A DNA stretch of 64,000 bases from Lingula anatina (taxonomy: Eukaryota > Animalia > Brachiopoda). Each line of letters starts with the position of its first letter. The first letter of the stretch is position 1. The position numbers and the translations under genes were made by a program. The notes under the pieces are model-generated. The model was not told the DNA's origin. It was given only the letters and a program-made list of their open reading frames with translations, and ran no database searches. The stretch covers positions 25,424,848 through 25,488,847 of the forward strand of contig CM120643.1 in the NCBI GenBank assembly GCA_051362555.1, given 5' to 3'. This document shows, piece by piece, positions 14,683 to 25,513 of the stretch.

Positions 14683-15130
14683 GCGCGTGCGTTCAGTCGT
14701 GCACGTGGACGCACGCACATGCACATTTTACTTAAAATATCATTCACGTGCACATAAGATAATTTGTTTACGTGACAAAACATGCACACCAGATATGTGG
14801 CAATTCTGTGTAATATTACAATAATATTTCACACTCATCTTCAGATCCCATGCTGAATCCACAACCTCTGACATCATCCTGGAGCCAACATCGTCAGGTT
14901 TCAGCTGGTCTGGAAAAATCCACAGCACACTCCAGCTCCAGCCCCTAGAGACACACACACTCCACCTGGTGGCCTGTTTCAACTCCCCTGGAGTGTACAA
15001 TTTGAATAGGCTCCAGGTGGCAGCAGGGGTATTGAGGGAGTCCAGTGACCTTGACATTGATATGGTTGTACAGAAGCATCCAGCGCCATCTGTTGCCATA
15101 GTTAAACAAGAGCCTCTTACGTCAAGTTAG
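717..15130 (+). CDS. TRAPPC8: Trafficking protein particle complex subunit 8 (TRS85 homolog), 5'-partial, 23 coding exons in window
   Basis: Hand-spliced exons: 717-864, 1205-1331, 1603-1946, 2211-2305, 2549-2699, 3051-3154, 4407-4512, 6501-6704, 7381-7533, 7926-8037, 8819-9010, 9234-9394, 9715-10086, 10502-10902, 11079-11211, 11753-11849, 12441-12512, 12706-12755, 12882-13064, 13476-13580, 14004-14149, 14544-14636, 14845-15130 (TAG). Recognisable TRAPPC8 motifs: CHLLQINS, KIFIHEFLVRGLIPWAE, YTPEAPEMQTRRLADLAFMFQLYE, SEDSDLRSALMLEQAGHCF, RKYAFHMILAGHRFNKAGQ, LAEDHINFTVGRQS, QGPRLN..YGPDRRL, FLFYYE. Confidence 0.95.
3597..3678. repeat. (GT)n microsatellite
   Basis: About 40 uninterrupted GT units in a TRAPPC8 intron. 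Confidence 0.95.
4310..4444 (+). repeat. 73-bp-period tandem duplication containing the 3' splice site and first ~38 nt of a TRAPPC8 exon
   Basis: ttaataattatt..attctccagGTCTCCCCAGTTTGC.ACCAGGGCCAC.TTGATGAGCA occurs twice; exon starts at 4334 and 4407. Confidence 0.9.
5196..5216 (+). other. Candidate 21-nt in-frame microexon of TRAPPC8 (SIKVFGE)
   Basis: Pyrimidine tract + aatgcag acceptor, TCGATCAAGGTTTTTGGAGAG, then consensus donor gtaagt; lies in a phase-0 intron. Confidence 0.45.
6095..6103 (+). other. Candidate 9-nt in-frame microexon of TRAPPC8 (SLY)
   Basis: Long U-rich tract ending tttttttcacag, TCTTTATAT, then gtaagt; same phase-0 intron. Confidence 0.4.
8521..8688 (+). mobile_element. 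168-bp MITE, hAT-like termini with 5-bp TSD (copy 1)
   Basis: CAGTGGCGGAT...GGATCCACCCCTT, flanked by GAAGG on both sides; closely similar to 11388-11555 and 37289-37456. Confidence 0.9.
10104..10153. repeat. (TTTA)n microsatellite
   Basis: Direct read; explains the YLFI repeat in the ORF track. Confidence 0.9.
11388..11555 (-). mobile_element. 168-bp MITE, 5-bp TSD (copy 2, inverted), inserted in a degenerate (CCATA)n tract
   Basis: CGGGGGCGGATCCAG...AATCTGCCCCTG, flanked by ATACT on both sides; (CCATA)n runs at ~11276-11306 and ~11688-11717. Confidence 0.9.
11809..12048 (+). repeat. 63-bp minisatellite (~4 copies), each carrying the exon end and a CAG/gtgagt donor
   Basis: Units start at 11809, 11872, 11935, 11998; donor GT at 11850, 11913, 11976, 12039; open frame (GEFYKIIYTWTLHHLSTRPHT)n. 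Confidence 0.95.
13020..13116 (+). repeat. 47-bp tandem duplication of a TRAPPC8 exon end plus donor
   Basis: gaggac/t..ggcacatatagatcttag.tta.ttgttctctggaaggt occurs twice; donors at 13065 (gtgagg) and 13112 (gtaaga). Confidence 0.9.
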
Positions 15131-17830
15131 GTTCTTGTTTGTGAAAGAAGATGAGAAGACATGGATAGGAGGTTCAGTTGAGACGTAAATGGAAGTTGTG
15201 CTTCTTGAAATTTGTTCATGTATGAAAAAAAAAAATTTCATGCTGTTAAATGGTATTCTGCTTCATTGTGGTAAATTACAGTTAAAAGATGGGAGTGTGC
15301 AAAAATAATTGCCTTGTTTTCTTGTCATTGCTGTGAAACATGAACTTTGCCTTTTGCAGTTTATGTGATAATTGGTCAGAATGTGTGTGTACAGTCTGTC
15401 TGGGAGGCAAAATATGATTTTGTAAATTCGAAAAATCTGTCAAGATTTAGGTAGGAAATGAAAGATTTGTTTAATTCAGGGTTTTAAATTGCTGAAAATT
15501 AACTGTTGAGTGCAATTCTATATTTTCAATATAAAGTGTGAAACATGGTAATTCTAAATGAAAAATGTTATATTTCTTGAACAATTGCACTTCTGCGAAA
15601 GTTTGTGATCAAGTTGTTGGTATCTTTTCATCAGTGAATTTTCTGTATTGAGACAGCAGTGCTTGGCAATGGAAATAACTTGTATGTTATTTTTTAAAGT
15701 GCAACAACATGTACATAGATATGTAAACATCCCATTGGATTTTTTATTCCCTGTTGGTGCAAAATGGTATTTGTGGTACGAACATTTCAATGTCATACAT
15801 TGTTATATGAATCTGTGAAGTGCTACCCAATAGCACACAAACATGTAAGAATTCCAAGTATATTACAGAGCATCACTGCTCTACATTGCCATAAGGTATG
15901 TTAATAAGTTTCTTTAAGTCTTTGGTAGACGAAATAACTACCAAGCGGTGTCCAAGTCAAAGCTTCATTTTTATATGCTTGCATTAGTCAAACCAGAATA
16001 ATGTGTTTCAAAGGAAGTTGTAAAGGATAGAAAATGTTACGGTTGAATGACAGAAAGCCTGTTTGTTTGTTTGTTTGTGTATAAGTGTGTGCCTGTGTGT
16101 ATGTAAGGTAAAGAGAGGAGAGGAGTTTTATGTGAATTAAAAATTGTTAATTGACATTTTTTTCTGGGTAATTTAGTATAACTACATAATACTTGCACAA
16201 CCAACAACGGACCCATAGTGGTAATATATAAGCTGCTGACTTCATGAGCAATGAGTTACGTCCGCTCAGAAATGATCAATTTATTCATTCACCAAAAAAA
16301 GTTTAAATTTTAATTTGATTTCCGTAAAAATGTTTCCGATTTCTGAAACATGTGAATTAAGTGGTGTTTTTCTATATCAGTTGAAAATATCTCGTAATTC
16401 ATTGTGTTAACTACTTTTCTTTATGCCATCCTCCAGAAATGCGGTAGGTTATAGGTAAATCGTTCCAAGCTATTTATGTCTTCATCTTGATATCGTGTCG
16501 ATGCCTATTAACTGAGGGAACGTTTGTTATTGGTTGGTTATTTATGACGTCAGAGATGATATAATTTAAGCATCTGATAAGGATTTACTTATGTATTTTG
16601 TTCCCACATAATCAAAGCGTGATCAAGGAAATCTTCGTGGCTAAGGGTTGTTTGTTCGTTTTATTTTCTAGACGGTATGCGGTCAGGAAACCCGTTCAAA
16701 GCAGAGATAGTTGTCAAAGATTGTAGTAAAAACGATAAGAATGTAGCTTCGTGAAGTGTTCTGTAATATACGTGTACAGCGAGTTCACTACTAATAGAAC
16801 AAATTATATACAGCTACTTAAATAGACAATTTAACTACCAGAACTTGCATGCTCAATAAGCCTATGGTATAAGAATGACACTGAGTAATCTGGCCGCTTG
16901 CTACTTTCTAATTAAGATATTTAATATGATTCCAGACTGATAAATATGTTTTCGGGTATTCTGCTGTGTGATGTTTATGGGCAATGGCGTAAATGGAAAT
17001 GTATTTAAGATTTAAACAAGTTTTCTATGCGTATTTGTAAATACTAAAAACCGTGGATCATTTTCACATTTCATCTGTAAATGTTTTCAATGATGATTCA
17101 GTTTACAATAAGATACATTTATCTGGACTCAGCGTTTTCTGTGTTTGATGGCCTCTCCCACTAGAAGAAAAAAAATGCAATGAGTATTTCACATATTAAT
17201 TTAAGTAGTCTTTTAGACTGGTTTTCTCAATTACTATGATCCTGCGAATCCTCCGTATTTAAACCCTTGTTGCACTGTGCTTGTGACCTCTTCGAGAATG
17301 TCATTTTATCCAGTCTCACGCCCTTTAAAGTGACGATTTGTGTTTGTCAGCATTGCATTCATAGAGCCAAGTTCAAGAGCTTAAAATATTGTAGAATTTT
17401 CTCTTGCTACAAATTTTGTGGGAGTTGGTCAAAATCAGTACCCCAAGCGATGGAAAGCACGCTGTTACTGGAGTTCTAGCACTGACATCAAACCGATTGA
17501 AATTCATAATATTACGTGCAATTCGAAAACAAATAAATAGATAGATATAAAGGGGATTTAATTTGAACACCGATACCACAGATGAAGATCAAAGTGAGGC
17601 ATAGAAATATTTCTTTAAAATCACAAAAAAAGTACTTTACGGTAGCCTAGAGCCCCACACAAAGTTTGACCTGAAACATCGACAAAGCACCCCGATTTTA
17701 GTTACTGTTTCTTAAATTCCTTCATCTTTCACTTTTGGTTCCCGAAAAAAAAAATTTGGTGCGGGGAAGCAACGGTGCGGGGACGTAAAATGCAGAGGAG
17801 TATCGGAGTGGTGACGTAACGGTAAGGGGG

Positions 17831-18025
17831 AGTATAGGTATAGTATGGGTATAGGTATAAGAGCATGGGTATAGGTATATAAGTATGGGTATAGGTATAA
17901 GAGCATGGGTATAGGTATAGAAGTATAGGAGTATAGGTGTAAGAGTATATGTAGAGGTATAGAAGTATGGGTAAAGGTATAGGAGTATGATTACAGGTAT
18001 AGGAGTACGGGTAAAGGTATACATA
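17831..18025. repeat. Degenerate hexamer-based minisatellite (GGTATA/GAGTAT/AAGTAT)
   Basis: Direct read; produces the spurious YTYT/IPIL ORFs on the - strand. Confidence 0.85.
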
Positions 18026-18422
18026 TAGACACTTAACCAGCACAGTAATTCAATTGACTTTAACTTCTGTACTGAAAACACTGCATGATGCGTAAAATTA
18101 GCACTGGGACAGCCTGGACAAAATGGCCGCGTTCCTGCTGCAGATGTCCAGTTCCCATAGCTTTCTCAGTGCGGAGAAGAGATAAGAAAATTAAGGCTCC
18201 AACAGGTTGTTTCTAATTTTGGTTCATTTGTAGCGCTTTATTTTCAATCTCCCACAAGATTGTATTTAGTCTTAGGCTTCTTATGATAATAATACGCACA
18301 CGTAAATTCGTCCACATATTTCTGAATGTTTTTGAAATATTTTCTCCCCAAAATATGTTAGGACATTTCCCGCAGCAAGCCTCTCTACCAACTGTCACAG
18401 TCAAGGACACCCCTCATCAAAC

Positions 18423-20039
18423 ATGGTTGCAAGGATTTTCAACGTTCTGTTGCTAGTAAAAGTGACCGCACTCTATGTCCTCGAATACAATACCAGCTTT
18501 GCCCAAGTCAGCAGCCCGACAAAACTGACAGAACTGAACAGAGGAATTTACGAAATTGGAGAGAAATTGCATAAAGAATGTCCTTCCTTTTTCGACAGAA
18601 AGCTGGCTGAAAATTTGCTTATTCTGGGCAGACGACAGACGACAGAAACTGCGTCCATATTGAAGAAGCGCGACGCCATGTTAGACTTGGAGCTGAGACT
18701 GGCTGAGAAGACTTTAGCTCATTTGACGAAAGAGTATGAGACTTGTGTAAAAGGTACAGTGAGTAGCCATCTATCAAGAGGCATAGGAAACTTGAAAATC
18801 CCAAAATTTACCATTTTTGAAGTTTTTAATTGTTTTAACCATATTCATTGTCTAGGGTCTCTGGGTGAGTGGTGGCATCTTTAGGTGCTTTTTTTATTAT
18901 TGAAATGTCTCGTCATTTATATCTGCCATTCAATTTCTGTTGCAGCCGTTTTCGACTTTATCCACACCTGTTTAGATTCCAATCCTTTCATGCATAATGT
19001 AACATATTTCAACAGACTTACAGCACACCCCTTTCACTCCTCTCAAACATGAGAATTCTCCTCCTCGCGAAGGATTCCCTTCTTCTGTTCGATGTGTACA
19101 TGAGTGTTCAGTTATTTCATAGATTGTTCGTGTAATATTTACAACAGTGACGATGCTTGGGAAGGTGAGGGTTATCCACCGTCTTTGCCAGTTTCCTTAT
19201 TCCTGTATTTATACAAAAAATCATTTAACTACAATTATGTTTTTATTTTCGAAATATCTATATTCTTTTCAGGGCGCGACCCCTGTGCCAGCTCGCCTTG
19301 TTTAAACGGCTCCACTTGCTACGTCTTCAGTGGGAACGTATGGTGTGAATGTGTGTCGGGGTTTGGCGGAAAACACTGTGAAAAAGGTGTGTGCCTTAAA
19401 AAGAGACCTCTTTTAAAATAAGTGCAACTAGCTATCCGATATCGGTGATAAGGATAATACATGTGAAAGCCTTACAAATCAAGAAGAATAAATAGTTTTC
19501 GTGTGAAAAATGAGCCTTTTTTCCTGGCACCTGGTCTGCATTGAAAATTGTTTATGATCTATTTTTTATTTGTGGTTTTTTCGTTTGCTTCACTTCTATC
19601 TCTTGATTATACTTTGCACCCATTATGCATCAATGGGTCAATGATTTTACTAGTACAATAAGAAAAAAACATATTTTGTTTTTTACCATGAGTATATAAT
19701 TGTTCGAGCTTGAAATACGAGCTGATTTTAAATTGCTCTTGAGTGTGGTCGTAATATCACACTGGCGAACAGAAAGCAAAAATAATTTTAATCTTGATTA
19801 TATATAGGCCTGTGTGTATGTGTGTGTGAGTGCGTGTGCCTGTGCGTGTGTGCGCGTGTGCATGCGTGTGAATGTGTGTTTGTGTGTGTGTATGTGAATG
19901 TGTGTGTTTGTGTGTGTGTGTGTGTGTGTACTGGCTATAATGCTTTTGTCTTTTGTCATCAGAAATATAGACAATATGAGAAATTGAGAGGTAATTGTTT
20001 CGTTATTATCTCTTTTCAGATCTAGATAACGCAAAGTAA
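18423..20039 (+). CDS. Small putative secreted protein (~154-168 aa): signal peptide, helical region with GRR/KKR sites, single EGF-like domain
   Basis: Exons 18423-18753, optional 19123-19164, 19273-19386, 20020-20039 (DLDNAK*), all phase-1 junctions. EGF: [32 protein letters not shown]. Hydrophobic N-terminus [16 protein letters not shown]. The last exon is the least certain. Confidence 0.65.
19810..19929. repeat. Imperfect (GT)n microsatellite
   Basis: Direct read. Confidence 0.85.
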
Positions 20040-23000
20040 AGGGACACAGAGTGCTAGTCCTCTACACACAAAGGATGATTGGATTATTACAAAGTTCATC
20101 GAACTTATTTACTGAGAAATATCACATCATGTATGTTTTCTGCCACACAAAGTGATCTTAGAATTAAACAGTTGTAACCGAATGCTGTTGTCTTTTGCTA
20201 ATTAGCTAGGTGCGATGAAAGATTGCGTATTTTAGTGTTTTGTGTAGCATAGAATGAAAGTTCTGCAGATGTCATTAAGGTTACAGAAAACACCTTATAT
20301 AAATCACTTTATTATTTTTTTCAGTTAAGAAATTACCGTTAAACAATCATGCTAGAAATAGAATGCCATCATATTTGTATCCGTATTGAGCAACCACTCC
20401 TTCAGTATTTTGCTTCACATCCTGGTGTACCGTGCGGTGCTAATTTTACATCGCGACTGACACACCGACAAGGAAAGAAAGGAATGCTTACCTCTCTAAA
20501 AAAACATAATGTGTTCCACGACATACGCCAAATATTTTGAATTTAATGAAATTCGTTGCAATTTGATGAAGATCATACGTAAGTATATACATAAGTGAAG
20601 TACCTAAAAAAAGCAAAGGACACTAACAAACATAGACACGCGTGTTCCCATTAGCTTTTTAATTACCACCAAAACGTTTATATTAATCATAAACAGACTT
20701 ACGTTGTCATTACGTTGAATGATTGCACAAAACAAGGTGCAGGCACAGCAAGTGGGTCAATCACACTACATTGTATCTCTCTGCTTCCTCTATTTATCTA
20801 AATCATGCACTATTCTTGTACTGCCACCTACCCTCTCATTTCGATCCTAACCCCCTTCCTCGAGTCCCTTCCTAGACCCTAAAATCCTCTTAAAACCCTG
20901 ATTATTCTGAAGTATTTCGTGACAGGTAAAAATAAGACCATCACAATGTACATGCACTGTTACCCCGTCATTTGAGCTTAACTGAACCACGTGTGCCTTG
21001 ACCCTCGTCTCTCTCTTCTCAATGCCCTTTTCTTATTATACTCTTCCTTACTTCTCTCCCACGCCCCGTATATAGCTGTTAATCTCGGGCAGTTTAAACG
21101 CGTTTCATGACAGGTAATAGTTAAAATACAGACAGGTACATAAACAGGTATCCAAGCTTAATCCAACCACGCGTGACAGAGGACATTCCAGCTTCAATGT
21201 AGTCCAGAGCAAGCCCGTCTAAGGCCCCCACATCCGCACTGATTCATACTAAACAGAGGCCGATACAAATGAGGAAGAACTGTGGAATATTACCCTCAAT
21301 TCACGAGAAAGATAGAATGAGAGATAGAATGAATCCATGACGTTAACATACATCGGGAGCCTGTCGACGCGGTTTTATTGAGAGTGAAAGAAAATGGAAC
21401 TCGCTGTGACTGGGAGGATTAAATAGAGGTAGGTTAAGAGATACAGGTGTAACATGAAGGAAGACCTGTTATAAGGAAGTAGTTCAGCACCATAGCATAG
21501 CAAGCAGTAATACAGTAGTATAGGATGAAGACATGTAGACGACATTCCTTAGTAATAATACCTTTATCCCAAAGAAGAAACAGATCATTTTTTTCTCGTT
21601 TGCGAAACAAGATCGGTAAATGATAGGTCAAATAGAGGTGTATAACCAATAACTGTCTTGATTTATTTATTTTATTTTATTTCTTATTATTTTTATGCAT
21701 ACATATCCCGAATATTGAGGTGAAAAAAAAACTGACAGGCAGTAAGTATATAATAACTTACTTTGGTATATGATTTTCTACCGTATAATAACTTACTGCC
21801 TGTCATCTTTCACTGATTTTATATCCATAAGGTATCAAGGACTGTAAGTGTGGAGAGAATAGCCACGAGGGGCTTGGCACGTATCTTTCTCTGGCTATCT
21901 AAAGATGTTGTCCCCTTAAAGGAGTCGCAACATCACCCCTAACCTCTATTCGCGCCATCATTCAAAAGCGCCATATGAATGACAATGTTCGAATAGTGCT
22001 TTACAAGTGCATAAATAATCTTAGTTTGTCCCAAATATGACCCAAACCTAGACACAATATGCCATACATTGCCTTAAGACGTTCAGTTCTGCATTTAAGA
22101 ACAACAAATAAGTAGAATGACCCACATCTGTGACGCCAGTGTTTTTCACCTGTACTGCAGGTGTAGGTTTTTTATTGAAATAAAAAAGCAGGTCTCTTAA
22201 GGATGTCAACTGAAGAGCACCCTCGGCGTATTTTCGCGCCGTTTAACCAACTTCCCAACAAACCGAAAATAGACCACATTTTATTTGTGTATATTTTCAC
22301 GAATTTAGGTATGAAAAGAACTGAAACCGCACCCCGCCATTGTTTGCGCCTGCTGTTTTCATTCACAATTGTGCCCCAAATGTGTGGATATGGTATTACA
22401 ATAGAGAATCAATAGCAGCTAGGGGACTTCGTGTAGCAGTGGGTAGGAGTAATAACAGAGGGCCTGTGGAAGAGAAGACACTCCTAACGAGAAGTTAACA
22501 ACAACAACGGCGACAGCAACAGCAGGAAACGAAGGTACAACATGTTGAGTTTAAATCTATCACACTTTATACCCCTATCCGTAGATCTAAGTACGTAAAC
22601 CCGGTCCTCGGTCTTCGTATTTATTAAAGCCCTTTAAGGTATCACAAACCTACCTATGTCAGGTAGGTAATAATGTTGCACAGGACAAATAGACGGTGTG
22701 AGGTTATATTGGCGATATTTAAAGAAATACCAGTACAAGCGACAACAACGGCGATGGCTATCAAGTATCAGTTACAGTATTAAGCCGAGTCTCCAGTCAA
22801 AGATCTAAAATGAGCTGTTTTGTAATAGAGGTGTGTCTGAGTCTACAAGGACCTCTCAGGTGACATGTGACCAGTAGCTGGAACACACACTGTGTACACG
22901 TAATATTACTTTAAAGAAACAGGAACCAATGGAGAAAGTATAGCGACATCAATTTTGACAAGGTGGCTAGGTCAAGTAACGACAAGCGTAGCAGAAGAGA

Positions 23001-24097
23001 CACAGGGATTTACCTGACAGTAAGTTGTCAGCTTTGAGAATGCGGATATGCAACTACAGCTGCATGCCAATAATAGAAATTAAACTCTGTCAAACTAGTT
23101 GTGTTTACGAGAGATTTGGAGACGTATCCTGGATATATAAAGGTACGAGGAACGCGGATATAATGCCACACGGTAATACTTATTGTAGGGACTCTTAGCT
23201 TAGCAATTGAACAAGAAAGCTCCCCTGTCCGTTTTTACAGGTGTCTCTAGCGCCCAGACATTTTTAAGGCATGATAAACGGTAAGGCACAGAGCCATATT
23301 TTCTTTAAGCACAATAACATATCAGGTGAAAGCATTGATGGCGGGCAGCCAAGGAGACGCATGGACGGACACAAGACGGGATGGACACGGGACCCTTCTT
23401 CTGTTTTTAACTCCAATAAAATGTTAATTTATAGCCCATTACATGTAAATTTGTAAACTTAAAATACCGCTGACAAGTAAAACATGGCTGTTAAACGTTT
23501 TAACTCAGTGGTGCCCTGAGGCTGGTCTTAGATAATCGGAGTTACGATGTAAGTCAAGTTGATTATATGAAACCGTACACTTTTATATATATATTAATCT
23601 AGATGACGAAAATGTTACCAGAAATAAGATCAAAATGGCTTTAGCATTGTTGTGAACTATTCAAACCATGAAAATTACCTCCGCCCTCATTCAGGTATGA
23701 ACTGTATATGTACATAATTATGCACATTGTCCCAGAACGGACAAAACAGGTGGCGATTTCATTTCAATATCAAAAAGATTTTAAAGAAGTAAATATGTGT
23801 AAAAACCCAGAGCATCAGGTGCACATCCTGCTGAGGAAGGTACCTTCATTATCCCACATGAGGGTCTGTCGTTACCACACGTTTGTATAAATTCCATGGG
23901 TTGTAAGTGCATTCTCAGGTCTCAGGTATGCTATATAGCGGTCTTCGCATACTTTGTATTGTTGTAAGTCAATGAGAGATGTTTTGATGAGCGCTTAGCG
24001 TGAGTTCCAAGGCGTGATTGTGGGTTGAAGCCGGTGACTTGCCGACTTGTATCTTATTTTTATTGGAGACGTGGTGCACCTGTTACTGAGATGACTC

Positions 24098-24137
<40 letters not shown>

Positions 24138-25367
24138 AAACACACGCACAAGCACACACGCTCATTAAGCAGCTATCGTTCTTCCTTAAATGCAGACTAC
24201 TAATGTAAAAAATACACCTACAAATGTCCTGGACCAAATTTAAAACCAAACCACCATCACACAAAGTGACTTGCGTATTCTCGCCACCATATTCAGTGAC
24301 ATATTAATTTAGCATCTAAGAAACGACATTAATATCACCCCAATCCGCACTGTCACCCACCGCACATTTAGGCCTATATATATGTCACCACCCACAGTGT
24401 CCTAGACAATAGGCCTATATACAGCCAATGTTTCACCCATCTCTCCCCTCTCCGCAACGTCATAAACCGTTACAAGGTGCATCTTCCCTATCAGTACTTT
24501 GAAAGGGGGTGCAATAGCAAGGTATTGGAACCCCCTCCCCCTTCCTCCCAACACATAGGAAGCCGGGTTCACAGTTTTTTTAAACTTTTTGCCACACATA
24601 TACTGGTATAAGGATCGACATTTCTTAAAGATCTTATTTTAGGTGAATAAAGTTAAGGACACCCCGCTGTTGCTAGATCCGAATAGAACTTTTTAAGTTA
24701 TTTATATAAGAAATAAAGATATCTTGAGACAGAAAAGACAGATAGGTTATATATTATATATACTTACTAGTAAATCTTGGATCAAATTAAAACCATATTT
24801 GTGCTTATCTGATGTGGTATATGAGCCTATTAATTACACCATTAGTGTAAAGAAGGCTAACTCCCATTTAATGTTACTCTATCTAAGGAATAAAACTGAG
24901 CTGTTTCGGTGTTTTTGCCTTTTCGCCATTTCCTTAGTCTATTAAAAATCAAATAAATGAGGCTTTCAGTCTTCCCGTAAAAGCTATAAATTATTTTTTA
25001 TTTTCAATAAATATCATGTATATCACAACTCTCCAAAACAAAATATTGTCAGTATATAAGTCAGGATAATGTGTAAAAATATGTCTTCACAATTAATTAG
25101 GTCTAGCACATGTATATTCTTCATGGAAAATGTCTTCATTTACTATTTTCGTAGATTTCATGTGTAAATATTGCATTGAGGATAGAAATGTTTCTGTCCT
25201 CACAATTAGTATTAGGACTAGTATTTGGATAATTTCCATAGAAAATATCTGGCTTCATTTACTGGTTTATTAGAGCTCATTAAATATTGTTTTGTGATCC
25301 CCTGTCAGTGAAAAGCTGCAAAGCCAATGTTTCCCGTCAACTTCTACCCTACATGGAATGAGTTTTA

Positions 25368-25489
25368 TATTGTATTGTATTGTATTGTATTGCATTGTAT
25401 TGTATTGCATTGCATTATATTATATTGCATTGCATTGCATTGCATTGCATTGCATTGCACTGTATTGTATTGTATTGTATTGTATTGTA
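25368..25489. repeat. (ATTGT/ATTGC)n pentanucleotide repeat directly upstream of the acceptor at 25500
   Basis: Direct read; explains the CIVLY/CIALH ORF text. Confidence 0.9.
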
Positions 25490-25513
25490 ATTTCTTCCAG
25501 ACATGTAGCAATC

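Noticed and set aside
17712-18081. Tyr/Pro/Thr-rich ORFs on the - strand
   Set aside because: Products of a hexamer minisatellite that is open in several frames.
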